A stretch of 64,000 nucleotides of DNA from Fimbriosthenelais zetlandica (taxonomy: Eukaryota), in assembly GCA_977030845.1 (NCBI GenBank), contig OZ365109.1:58280001-58344000 (forward strand), in the 5' to 3' direction. A program made the position numbers and the translations under genes. The notes below the pieces were generated by a model, which saw only the letters and a list, made by a program, of their open reading frames with translations, searched no databases and had not been told where the DNA came from. Position 1 is the first letter of the stretch. Every line of letters starts with the position of its first letter. Shown here piece by piece: positions 38,401-51,500 of the stretch.

Positions 38401-41400
38401 ATGACTACTAACTAAATTTAGAAATGGATCCTTGGAATTATTTTAAAGGACGGATAGCTTCTGCTCAAAAACGGACTAATAAATTATAGGTAGGCCTATA
38501 AAGAATCAATTTGGCTATTTAATAGGGTTGATCCATCCAATATGCCTTCAGTCTGATTAACACTTCATTAAGAACAAAGGGTCTCATTCATGGATCTAAT
38601 ATAGCTGGGCTGGCTCGGCAGATCAAGGGCAGTCGACATCAATGCATCCTTAATCCCCAAGACATTCTGTATTACGATCATGTTTATTAACTACAATCCT
38701 ATCATTAAAGTTAACCTACATCGGTGATGTCGAGAGAGTCACATTACATTTGACCTCCATTCTGCAATCTGAGACATAAGGAAAATTTAAAGAGCACAAA
38801 AAGACCTTTAGTGATACAATGCGATGAAAATTTTCTGTATGCACGGAAAGCACTCTTGCAATTATCTCAAGCAATAATTGCTGGAATAATAATCAGTGAG
38901 AAACTGTAGATGCACTGACCATATTTTCATGCAAATAATTGAATATAGAGCGCCTCTAGCCCTTGTTAGTTTGTAAAAGTCTCAGGGACATTATTATAAA
39001 CGTTTTGACAGAAAGTAATTCCAAATGGTCTGATGGTCTGCTAATTCCGTATTGAACCCGTGTCCCCTGAAGAAATCACGATAAAAGTAGTGTAAATACT
39101 AGAGCAGAGGCATTATGGCCTATATTATACTGTAGGCCTAGTTGGAGTGACTGCTAAAAATTAATGGGTTGAAGCGATATAAAGAAAAACACACTCTGAA
39201 CAGCATAAGAACACAAACCTCTAAATGCAATATAGTATTTCTCTGCCATTTTACTTGGTAAATTTCATATGGTAATCCACACCGATGCTTCCCCTTGAGT
39301 ACTAATGGAAAAGCAAGCCTCGTGAAGGGCTTGATTAACCGATACTCCCAGCTGAAATGGGGGACATAAATACTACACTTCTCATATCTCATGTGGTTTT
39401 GTCCGTTTTCTTGAATAAATTCACTTCAACCATACATCAATAACATGGCTCTTGTTCCAGGATTGGGGTAAAGCACACTGACACAATATTGGAACAAGTA
39501 CCGGTTTAAGATTTAGTTAAAAAGTAAAAAAAAAAAATGGGAGGGGGTTAGGCGTAGTCAAATGGGGTAGGGGTGATGAGCCAACACATTTATTATTAGC
39601 GCGAAAAAAATGTTATTTCCGACTTTTCATTTCTGACACAATAGCCATATACACCCTGCATGGGCACCCCCGCCAGCTCCCCGCACCCCCTTTTTGATCC
39701 CCCTTGCCAAAAAGTGGGAGAGTCTCCAGCATATTGGAATAGTATGAGGGTAATATATATGATATAACACTAGCCCATATTTATACACAGTAAGAAGCCA
39801 GATAAATCTCATAATCCTCCGGCCTTTCCAGTAAGAGAGCCAGATTATATGTATATCTCAGAAAATCTAGCCTTATCTCCCACATGCCCTGCTATCGTCA
39901 GTGTCTTAAAGCAGTAGATAGATGCAATCCTATAATAGTTATTACCAGCTTAGCAGGCATTCCTCAGCCAGAGTCTGCACGTGCACACAGTGAAGGGCTT
40001 AATGCTGGTCTGTAGGAGACAGTTGGAGAAGGGGAAGAAGATAAGGGATGCTGATGCATTTTCTATGTAATCATTGACAGAAGCAGGCAGTGGTTGAGGG
40101 AAGGGAGGAACTTGTCGCTGACTATAACATCGCTCTCTGTGTCTAGGCCCATTATGATCCTCCATCTTGACAGTTAGTGAATTAGCAAGCCAAATAGATC
40201 TGGCAGGTACACACGCTATTATCGGTAATTTTCTCCTAATATGATTCCATAAAATTATATCAGAAGATGGTCACATAAAATCAAGTATTAACCTGCAAAA
40301 CATTTGTGAAGTCAGAAAGTTATTTTTAGGAAAGCTAGCAAAAAATAATGAAAGAAACAAAAAGAAAAAGACAGAATGCAAATATGGAATGTTTTTGATA
40401 AAATATAATAATGTACGCAGGAGACTTTTATGCCATTAATGAATCTTAGATGATTAGTATGATGTATAGTGTGAAACAGTATAATTCTGGTGAAGGCTTG
40501 TGAAGTACATTGTGTTTTTTAATTAATTAAAAGTTATCTTCTTGTATCATCCAGCCAAGCTGTGTGAAACATATTTTGACACATAAATCCACGTGGCCCG
40601 CATTTGGGGGTATGTATATGAGACAAGATGCATTGCCTTCCACCATCTGGTGTTTGTCAATTCATTTAAAATTGCCATACATTCGCCCCAAGCCAGAGAT
40701 ATGACAGAGTAGACTCGGAGGTCTTCGATCTTGATAGTCCTATTTGTAACACCCAGGAGAAACAGAGGATATGATGAATCAAGTAGGAACCACAGGAGCT
40801 TTCTACAAGTGAAAACAGCGAGTGGATATACATGTACCACACTGCAGGCTGAGTTGAATACATTCTATGCCACAGCAAGGCTCTATTATTAGTATAACGT
40901 AAGTGAAAAGAAACGTTCAAATTTAATGGCCATAATCCACATTAAATTGTCTTTTCACTCAGTCTATTTCTACATGGTTTAATGGGAAATTAATGTACCT
41001 TGGACTATAGTCTTAGTATATTCCATACAGTGCAGCTTTGCGACCTCGGTCCTTTGGAACAGAACTGAGGGTAATCATAAATATATAGAGCAGAATGATA
41101 GTTTTAAAACCAGCGAATATGTTGTGATTTAAATCAATTATATATTTTACTGGTCAGATAGTGAGATGGTCGCTCTGGCTTAAACATGACACTCCGCTGT
41201 ACATTCAAGGACAATTTCCAACAGCCACATAGATCAAATCCTGCAGTAGAGGAACGACACCTTATCACAACATTCAGTTTTCACCCCAAAAGGTTATTCA
41301 CAAGGAATTGATAGAAAAAGATGGATTTTTCTCAATAACATGTCATTAGTAAAGGACGTTGATGAGGTTTTTGGAGTGGCGTAAAACATTTTTATAGGTG

Positions 41401-41996
41401 GCTTCGGTGGGCGGGAAGGGCGCAGGGCTTATGATGGGTAGTTGTCATCCGGCTGAGATGGCCCTACTTCCTTTCCAGATTACCTATGAGCTTCCCTTTC
41501 CCCAACAGACCAGGCCAGATCCACCGGGGAACAACAAACTACCCTGCTTAAAGGAAGGCACAAGGCCTCTGTGCTTATTTTCAAAGGATAAACGATTGGA
41601 GGAGGGCATCCAATTGGGTCTATTCCATGCTAATTTCAGGCTATTATACAAGGTCTGTATTTGCATGCAGGTAGGGCAAACCCTTTTAGTTACTTTCAAA
41701 TTGGGTTGGTGCTTTCGCATTTAAAGCTGTCTTTTTACCAAACTCAAAAGTGACTGAGAAAGTATTGTACAGAGCTGAAATCCTATACATATCTCGGGAC
41801 GAGTAGCCGAATCTTTATAAATAGACAAGAATAATTCAATCAAGACATTTTGACATAAATGATATTCTTTCATCGAAATGAGACAGAGAATTATGCCTAT
41901 AAGATCCGCATAATTTATCCCATTTCACCTACGGAGGATTATTTTTTTCATATCCAGGCTTTGTATTGGACTTAGATATTAATTTGGTATTTGATA

Positions 41997-42168
41997 CAGT
42001 TGGAGTTAAAAACCTGAACAAAAGAAGTTGGCGTCTATTTTCGTATCTTTCCTCGACAATAATCATGGGTTTTTCTATTCCTATAGATTATAAGTTCAAC
42101 TGTTCTTCATTACACCTATCCAACTAATTTTGCAACTTTGTCATTCTGAAGATTTTTATTAACGGTAT
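41997..42168 (+). mobile_element. Truncated second copy (left half) of the Tc1-type MITE at 8619
   Basis: TA|CAGTTGGAGTTAAAA...; shares ATTTTCGTATCTTTCCTCGACAATAATCAT exactly with the 8619 copy, with gapped similarity continuing to ~42168. No right TIR found. Confidence 0.8.
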
Positions 42169-45100
42169 TTACCAGTAGGGGGCCTATATCCAGTATGCAC
42201 CCAACGTTTAATAAACGTTATCGGGCGCTTATTTGGCGATGCCAGCTCTGCCAGCGGTCAGTAGTCACTGGCTAGTGCATGGCAATTGGGGGAACCTTGG
42301 CATCAGTTTGCATAAATCGTATCTCTTCGCTCAATTTTACCAAATGGAAAATGGGATTAATGATCATGATGACTGGTTATTATATTTGATTGATTCAATT
42401 ATCAGTCAGAGAGTGATATTTACACGGTAGATTTCAGAAATAGTTCATATTAAATAGTACTTCTCAAATAGCAATCAAGGCCTACATATAGAAAATGACA
42501 TTATTTTCTTAGCTCCCAGAAAAAGGCCCTCTGATGTCATGCTTGTTATAGTAGGATCTTACTTTGAAATAATAATAATACAGGACCTCAGAAGAGCCTT
42601 TCACACATTTTCTGTGAGAGAGATAATAGGAAAGGCAATTTTTTTTCTCTCAATAAGAATTCCAACAATTCCTTCCTCTCACAAGAACTAATGATCAAGA
42701 ATTCAAAGCTAAAATATGATCCTTAGATCAGTCAGCAAAGGTCGAAAGGAAGGCAGGAACAAGTTGGATGTTCTTTTTGTTGGTGAGGAGGATCCTGTGA
42801 AAGTGCCTTTTACCACTCGCTTCGTGACGCCTACCCGGAAACCTGTCGTTTTTTATCCCCGACCACCCCGGATAATCCATCAGAAGATGATAACGGATTA
42901 TCTCGCCACTACCGTTTAATACTCTTGTGATTAAGAAGGGGATCAAAAATTGCACAATCAAATTAGGACCGGTGACGGAGCATGGGAGCGGGGATAGGCG
43001 ATCCAATTATAGGAAGCGGGATCCAAAGAGGCAGTTGATTACAGGTACCCCAGCCTTTTGTGGCTACAATGCTTTGAAGTTGGCTTGTCAGGACACATCA
43101 TTGCCTTCCAACCGGCATTTCAGACCGAAGCAGTCCCGTACTGGGGTGAAACGACTCTATAGCTGTCCCTCAAGGCATTTGCCACTGGTGGCACATCAGA
43201 TGGGAGACTATTTGCAAATCACCGGCCAAAAACCGCGAGTTAATATTGACCAGGAAAGCAAATGTTCAAAGATGGAGTCTCAGAATGGGACTTAATACAT
43301 TGAGATGTTCGCCTCTGAGGTTAGGAAGTGTGTTGTCTCGGGCCAGATAGCGTCTTTTCTTGTACATAATGTCCCCCACCGAGGACCTGTGGTTCTATGA
43401 ATGCTTGGCTGCCCTGACAGACAGACGTACATCCCTTTACAAGGGGTTTTAATCAGACGAAAGACAGGCGCTCGTCAAGGCTTGGCATTCTCACCTACAG
43501 CCCTGCCCAATCTAATAACCCTCCCTCTAGGAAACATTGGTAGAGCGCATGCACAGTAGGACTATAGGTAGGAGATTATTGTATTGTCAACAAGGCTGAT
43601 GACGGCAGTCAACGTCAGAGAGAAATGACGGTGAATTACACTATGTTCACATGCAGTCAATAGAAACCTGATCGCAGACGAGCTCGTTGTTTGTTCAGTT
43701 TCCAAGAGAAGTTTTCTAACAAGAAAGATATAAGAGGAAGTAAATTCATTGTGGGAGAGAAACGAGTATAGTAAATGACAGATGATCCAACTGCCTTACG
43801 TTAATCTCTTAGAAACAGCTACATTAATATGTCCAGGGGAAAAAATAGACACCGAACATTTTTTCGCATGACTGCAGGATTTCTTCGAAGAGCACAATTA
43901 GTACAAGAGACGCAACAAACATTTCAAAAACGAAGCACCTGAATCCATCTGCGCAAATTACAGGGTTCATTAAAGAGAATGCCCAAGAAGCTGAGTCCAG
44001 TGTAGTTAAATGTCTGTTTCTTCCAGCTTGCATGCATGCCTCGAATTATAACACATAAATTAAACAGGAAAATACTTTGAAAATTGAGATTTAAAAACTT
44101 TACATTTAGATATTGATCAGGCAATAAATACAACAGTGAAACGATAGACAGTATGTATACCGCACGTGCCTATTGTACGGTGGGAAACTATTGGTGATTG
44201 AATATACCAATACGGGTCTATTTCCGTAGGCAAATATTACAGACATCTCATAATTTCATGGATATTTGGCAAACGATATTGAAGAAAGACAGAAGCAATA
44301 CCAAAAAAAATCTCTCTGTACATGAAGCCTTCTTGCCATGCCGTTTTGCGATGGGTTTTACAGCTCAAACAAGAGCGCGGGGAAGGGAGGGGGGGGGGGG
44401 TAGATTGTAAGAGAGCTTTTTGTCAGAAAGCCTGTCTGCTTACTTCATTTCCATCGGACAGCTTCAAATATTGAAAATCCCTCAGGCTAACATAACTGAG
44501 ACTATTCGAGAATACAGCGCGTAGAGAAGGAAGGGGAACTTGTAAAAGACTTGTCAAATATCCACTATTCCTCCCCACGAGGATTGAAAAAAGGAAAGCT
44601 CGAGGCAATGGATCCTGATTTCCAATCTCTGCTCGCTTGGCCCTAGTGGCACTTTGCTTGTAAGGTAGTGCTAAGTAAGCACAAAATAAATAGTAAAAAT
44701 GCCAGAGGAAGAAAATGTGTGGATTCTGAGGGAGTCTTGCTGATCCTGATACGATTTAAATCGCAAAGTTGACAATAGAAACTGCAGCTTTGTATTCAGG
44801 GAATGCAGGTAGTCTATCGGAGAACTTGGAAAGTCCAAATGTTGATATTCACTTACCACCTGTGCTTTTCAATTACTTTTCGCCCACATTCTGTTCTTTA
44901 AAATGGAATAGATGTTTACAGTGGTAAAATTGACCCTAACATCCGACAATTTCATTAAAAAGGGCAAAGCAGGCAGAAAGCATAGGCCTACCATTTTTTG
45001 TCCAATCCTCATTTCTTAAAGTAAAAAGATGAGTCAGTAAGATTAGCTTTTATTTAAAGGGATATTGACTTCATTGAAAGATGAAGATAAGTAGGCCAGT

Positions 45101-45499
45101 GGATTTCTCTCTGGGGATTCTATGAGTATGGAAGGCTGTATGCAAGCCTTGTTCATTGGCAATATTGCTGCAGTAGTGGAAGATCGATATCAAGTATCGC
45201 TTCCAGTCTGTTTTCTTTACCAATTATCCAACATAATCTGTTAGATATCAGTCAGTTATGGATGGCCCTTTCATCCCACCACTTCCCCCAGCCTGGTTCA
45301 AGCATTGCCTGACTCGTGAAAGCTGCATGAATATTACATGGCATGAAATCAAGGCATTTTTAAATGGGCTAATTCATGTCTGTGGCCGAGTGGATGCTTC
45401 TGCATCAGACAATACCCTCTTTCTCTTCCTGCCCCTTCCCAATGACTGAATCAGCCCCATCTTTCTCTTTCTCTTCCTATCCCCCTACCAGTCATGAGT

Positions 45500-45573
45500 C
45501 TCCTCTCCCCTCCCTTCCCCTCCCCGCCTCTCTCTCTCTCCCTCTCTCTCTCTGTCTGTCTCTCTCTTTTCTC
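45500..45573 (+). repeat. CT-rich microsatellite / low-complexity tract
   Basis: (CT)n and (CTGT)n runs. Confidence 0.85.
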
Positions 45574-48500
45574 AAAAGGAGGACTTTCATATTAAGATAT
45601 GCTGGAATCATGGCACCGAAGGAGTGGCCGTCACGACTGAAGAGTGCGGGGGAACATGATATCTCAGCCAGTGCTTGGGGCTATCAGCGCCAGCCACCAG
45701 CAGATTGCTTTGGCTTTGAATGGCCATTATCTTGTATGACAGCCTGCTCTAAGGCAAGTCAAGTGACATTAAGCAACAAATGTAAAATACAGCTCCAAGA
45801 TTTTTTTTATGGAGCTGTGCATAAAAATGCCAGAAACTCTGCACTCTGGCTTTCCTCGACCCATCCCATGCAAGGCTTCTTGTCTTCAATCAAAGGTTTC
45901 CTTTGTGGTATTGAGTGTCTTTTCTTTTGCAAGAAATTGGGTCAATGGTTTGGGGCATTTGAGACTCAATGACCGACAAAGCCTATCTATGAGCATTATT
46001 GTTATGAGGATCACTTTTCTGAAAATAGTTACAGCCAAATAACTCCCTTTACTGATGCTGTATCGCTCGATCTCTTCCCAAGCCGTGTGTCTTTTCTTAA
46101 GGCCAAAGCAAGCAACTGGTTTGAATCTATACGTCAACAAAAATTCCATTCAACTGGTCAGTTTTAGCTAGACAGAGTTTGCTCATCAATTATGTTGCCA
46201 AAAAACAAAATCCTGTATGAATCTTATCAGTTAATACAAGGTGATCGATCAGTTTAAAACCATTCAACGGTTGCTTAGCATGGCTTTTTAGCCTGCATTG
46301 GAAATGTCCAAAACATGTTATGCTAAATTACGATAATGTCAATTCATGAAGTTTTCTAAAAAAAAAAAAAAATCAACAGATTTTCAAAAATATCAAAAAG
46401 GTAATGTAAATTGTTTTAAGGCATGATGGCTCCCGTTGCGTTTAGGTTATTTCACCAGGAATTTGGGCTAGGAAAAAACTGGCCATTGAAAACATTCAAC
46501 ATGTAATCTTCTCACAAAGATCTTCTCAAATGAGGCAATATAACTAAGTATAAAGGGATCAGAATGTATAATGTCCTATAGACCTTGAATCCTTCACTGA
46601 GGGCATCAATGAAGAGACAGGCAGTGTATACGCTATGTACTACACTGGAATGAATTCCTCAGGCAGGGAAGAAATGTCAGTTAAAGGGCGAAATTGGATT
46701 CAAGGGCCCTGGGATTAGTTAAGGCCTCAGTTGTTTTAGAATTCCTTTCGAGGACAAATGAGTCCCCGGGGGCCAGGGGAAACATTAGGCTTTCTAAATC
46801 AAACCCGACTGCAACAGCCATAGGTTTAGATTGCCTTCTCTGGCCGCAACTAAAGTGGTTTCGCTCTTTTATTATTGTATTTTAAGCGGTGAACCTACTT
46901 TTTTGGAAAGAGGTATATAAGAAGACTTCTATATACTCTGACCTACAAGAAAGGGAAATGCTTCTGATAAACTCAAGCAAAATCAGATGAGTTATGAAGC
47001 ATCTGCTGAGGACTAAGCGCCTTTAAACAAGTTATAAAAGGAATTATTTAAACGTTCTAAAACATCATCCAACATTTCAGTTTTAACTATTAGAATCACT
47101 TCTTGCAAGACTCCATGTTTGTATATTCTGCCTTATTTTAATAAAAGAAATATTCATTGCTTTAAAATGCAATAATATCTACGATTTATAGCGGTGAATG
47201 TATTTCTACATTCAGTGTGAGTCTGCATCTATCAGGGGATATTAGGAAGCCATGTGTTGGTATACCCCCGGGCCTGGTGGCCTATCATCGTTACAGATTA
47301 GGCCGTCTCTTGGATACGTGATAGCACTTCACACTTGCAAATTACCTCGGAGACTGGCGGCTCTGACATAGTGAGATACATGAGTACAGGTGAGGTGACA
47401 CGTCAACACCTTGTATAATACATGTGGGGCATAGGCTTGATTAAGTCTTGTACCTGGCCAGCCAAAAAAATCACCACCAAAAGAGTGCAAGGTGGCATCA
47501 GAATACCAAGATCAGAGAGCAAAGGTTTCTGGTTAATTGGAATTTAATAATGCCGAGCTATCGAGAAGTCTCAACTCATCAGGGTTGTACAAATTATTTA
47601 ATTAGATTAGCTTTGATTACTTTATGGCATTAGGGGTTAATTATCGGTTGATTAGCCGCTTTCAGGGGTTCACCAAATATATATTATTCAATATAATATA
47701 TAATTATTTCTGGGCTCGAAAATAGATAATACCCAATTATTGGGGAAAGATATATATTTAAGGAAAAGACCCTTCGGACTGTTGTAACTAATCTGAGGGG
47801 ATATAAAAATAAGCTATAGAATTATACAGGGATATAAACATACCAAAAACTGAAAAAATATATACATTGTACATAATATAACACATTGAAATAGACATAG
47901 ACAATTAACTCGTAATTATGTTTCACAAAAGCTAAAAGTCCTCGCTTCAACTACTCATTGCAGCCAGGAAGCTGTATAATTTAATTCATCAATCATGATT
48001 TTTCCTTAACCGGACACAGAGAGTGAGAAGATGAAGACAACACTTTCCATTAGTAGGCCCGTCGACTAGCAACCTCATCAGAATCTGGCTGCATGTGCCC
48101 TCAAAGAATCCTGTATGTTTCTGCAGCTCGTCATATTAATTAAGTATAGTTATTATGAGCCTAGATCTAGAGATCTAGAGCCAGGATCTTTTAAGAACTA
48201 ATCAATTATTCAGAAAAAAAAACTATCCAAACGGAGGCATGTTTTTGGCATACTTCTCATAAGAGAAATTTAAAGCGTGGATATATCATCTTAAAAGGAT
48301 TAAAATATTTGTATTTGTATTTCCAGGGCTTTAGCATCAACAACTGAATAGATCGAGGTGGATAATAGTTCCATGTCAGTAGCGAAATAATGGAGTCCAC
48401 ACACTCGGGCTGCCCTATAATATATCATCGCGAGAAGCACTCCTATCCACAAAAGCCACGGGCACTGGATTAGTTTTTCCTCTTTAAGTATTTTTAACTT

Positions 48501-51500
48501 TTAAAAATATTTAGCTGCAATAGGAGTGAATGGTATATATATTATATGGTGGTAATTAGTATAAGCGATGACGATGATGGAAAGATAAAAAAGATGAAAA
48601 ATGAGGAATTTGGAAGTAAAGCTTGTACACAGCCAGGGGAGGAAGCCATCAGGGACATTATGATTGTAGACAGATCAGTCCTGTCTGCTTCATAATAGAA
48701 CTTGTCACGTGTCTACTAGTGAAATAGCAATCAAGATTCTTGAACACCACTCCATACGTCTCTCGTCTGAGTCGATATGTGACCCTGATCCTATCGTGCT
48801 GGGGAATTGCCGGTCGAAGAAGTCAGAAGCCAGGGGAGGAAGCCACTGTCCAATGTGGCATTCCTATCTCTGGTAACAACGCTCTGACCATACGTCTTGC
48901 GGTTGACATACGGGCCCGGCTTGGGTCCTCACGCGCCCCATTCCCGTGCCTGGCCTTGATGCTGCAAGGCTCAGTGATGAAGAGGGGACACAGTAAAACA
49001 AAACCCCACATGGCTTCGGCCAGTGATAGCACCTATTACCTGCTAGAAAGAGATTTCCTACTGTCCCAGCTATTTCTCCCCAATGGCCTGCTTCATATGG
49101 ATTTCCTCCCATTGTTTTTGGCCACAAATAGAAACTAATCTAGAGTCGATTCCATGTGCTTTAGCATTGTCACGTAGTGTAGAGCCAGAAAGGTACTATA
49201 GGTCTAGTTCAAACGGCTATACAATTGGGTTGTATGCAAAGATTCAACAGAAAATAGTAGAATAGATGAATACAAACTCTATACTAGTCTATAGAACTGT
49301 TAGTAGAACTATAGGTAGTTAAATCTATTTTGCATAATAATTGTTCATATTGATAAAACTAATTATATATCTGGTATGAGAATATAATTATGGGAAAGTA
49401 TTATCAGAATAACTCTATATTCTGGAAATTAGCTACCACACTGTCTAGACCTGCTGGACTGATTGGAATGGAATACCTTCATAATTATATTCCCTGACAT
49501 TTCACCAGACGCAGAAAACATAGAGCATTGTATGCGGACTAGTGTTAAATCATATAGCAGGAACAACTTCATCATCAGAATGAGAGAATGGAAGGAACAT
49601 GAGAAATTCGGATTTGTCTTCTCTTGATTAGACTCGGTTCTGTTTCCAATGGTGCATTTCAAGTTAAAGAAGGAATGACAAGGGATTAGGCAGAGTCCCT
49701 TGTGTTCATCACACGATCACTGGAGGAAAGGTTACAATCACCTACTCCGGGTTGAAAAAAGCGCTCTCTTGTGATCATAATTCAAATTTGCCACCATCTC
49801 TCCTCCATCATTGAATGGAGGAAGCTGCCAGGCTGGTAAGCGCCGTGTCTCCATAGATTACTAGACTCAAGTCAGAGGTGTCACATCCTGTTTGAGACTT
49901 TAGTTCTACCTCCGATCTGCTCTGACATAAACAGCATGCATTCTATAGAGCCTCTTATTCCTTATCTGGGCAGATACATCACTTCCTTTCTCTATTATAA
50001 TGATTTCTATATATGAAACGACGCGAATGATTGTGCAATTGTCAATTTGGATCGTCTTTTTCAGTGATATTTGTTTGATAAAGTTCCTGAAGACTGCAGA
50101 TAGTCTTTCAAATAAAAATGTCACAAAATCATAGATACATTTATGTAAATCCCATATGAGTTAATTATAGAGTTTGTGCAACATGATCGTGAAAAAGCAA
50201 ATTGGATTGGAGATTATAGTTCAGTTTTGGCATGCTTTTCGGTGTCTGCTATTTTTTAGCGGAGAGAGACTCTGAGTAAGATCCTACAATTCCGGCTACA
50301 ATTTTTAAGCCTGAATACACAGGAAATCCCAACGATACAATGTATTACGATATGATTTTTCCAACGACACATCGCAAAAGTGTTGTAATATGACAGATTT
50401 TCTACTAAAGTTGTACACCGTCATGCACTGCCTGTGGATGACATTAGATTGATGCTTTATCCTGCCATCTGCCTATCATAATGCCTGCTTTCCATCATTT
50501 TTATGATGTGTTAGCATTGAGAACGACTACTCGGAGCCGCCTATATACCATGCCCACAGCAACTCGCAACCAACTGGTAATCGACTGTATATTCATGGTC
50601 GATTAAAATCTAAGCTTTACTTTTTTTCTAAAGCTCAGATCATAATTGCAAATGTGCCTCAGAGACCATAATTAGTGTATGCCGAGCGCCAAAGCGTGTT
50701 TCCCACTTTGTCATTAGGGAAACGGTTGTCAGTTGCCACCATTACTGCACTTAATCATCTCCTCCCGGGATATATGGTAAGCTTCTGTATTAAGAACCAG
50801 GCTTCTATTCCCTTGGAAAAAACTATTGTTCTCTGATATTAGATCACCAAAACGCTTCCTGTATTCCCACTCGGAAAATCACTCTTGGTTCTTTTATGGT
50901 TATGCCTGCAAACGTAACCAGATATTGGATATTGCCATATAGCCTATAGATATATATAGGCACTAATTCATTGATAATCAATCTAGATAGAGAATTAGGC
51001 GGTCGAACACGGTACTTTCGTGTCACATTAAATTCAAGCACAAAGTGATCAGCATTATTTATGTACATTCCACTACAGTGCAGAGTTATGGAAATGTCAT
51101 GGTTTGGCAATTAAGAGTTGAATTGATACTTCCCATCGGCAGAAGCCAATGACATGAAGCAATATTCAACCGCAATTAAGGAAATCCAGGAGAGGACTAG
51201 CATCTACTAGCGTAGATGGAGGGGCATGGCTAATGATATCAATAAAGTGGCTAGGTTCCGGAGTCGTAAGCATTTTGTATACTCGGCAGCAGAAATTGCC
51301 TTCTGGGTAAGATTCATAATAATATCATTTGCTTCTCTTAAGGGAAAACAGCAAGCATAGTAGCCACATCATTATGAAGGAAAAATGTTATTTGAAAAAA
51401 GTGCTATTCATCCCCGACAATCGACAATATCCAATTGAAAAATGGATCTATATAACGAGCTATATAAAGTTCTAGGCAGTTCAAGTCAAAATTGACAAAC

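Noticed and set aside
39451-39498. Hairpin CTTGTTCCA/TGGAACAAG as a pre-miRNA
   Set aside because: Only about 14 paired bases and no match to a miRNA I recognise; compatible with chance in 64 kb.
45376-45972. 198-aa plus-strand ORF
   Set aside because: Runs through the CT microsatellite (S/L/P-rich) and has no domain features.
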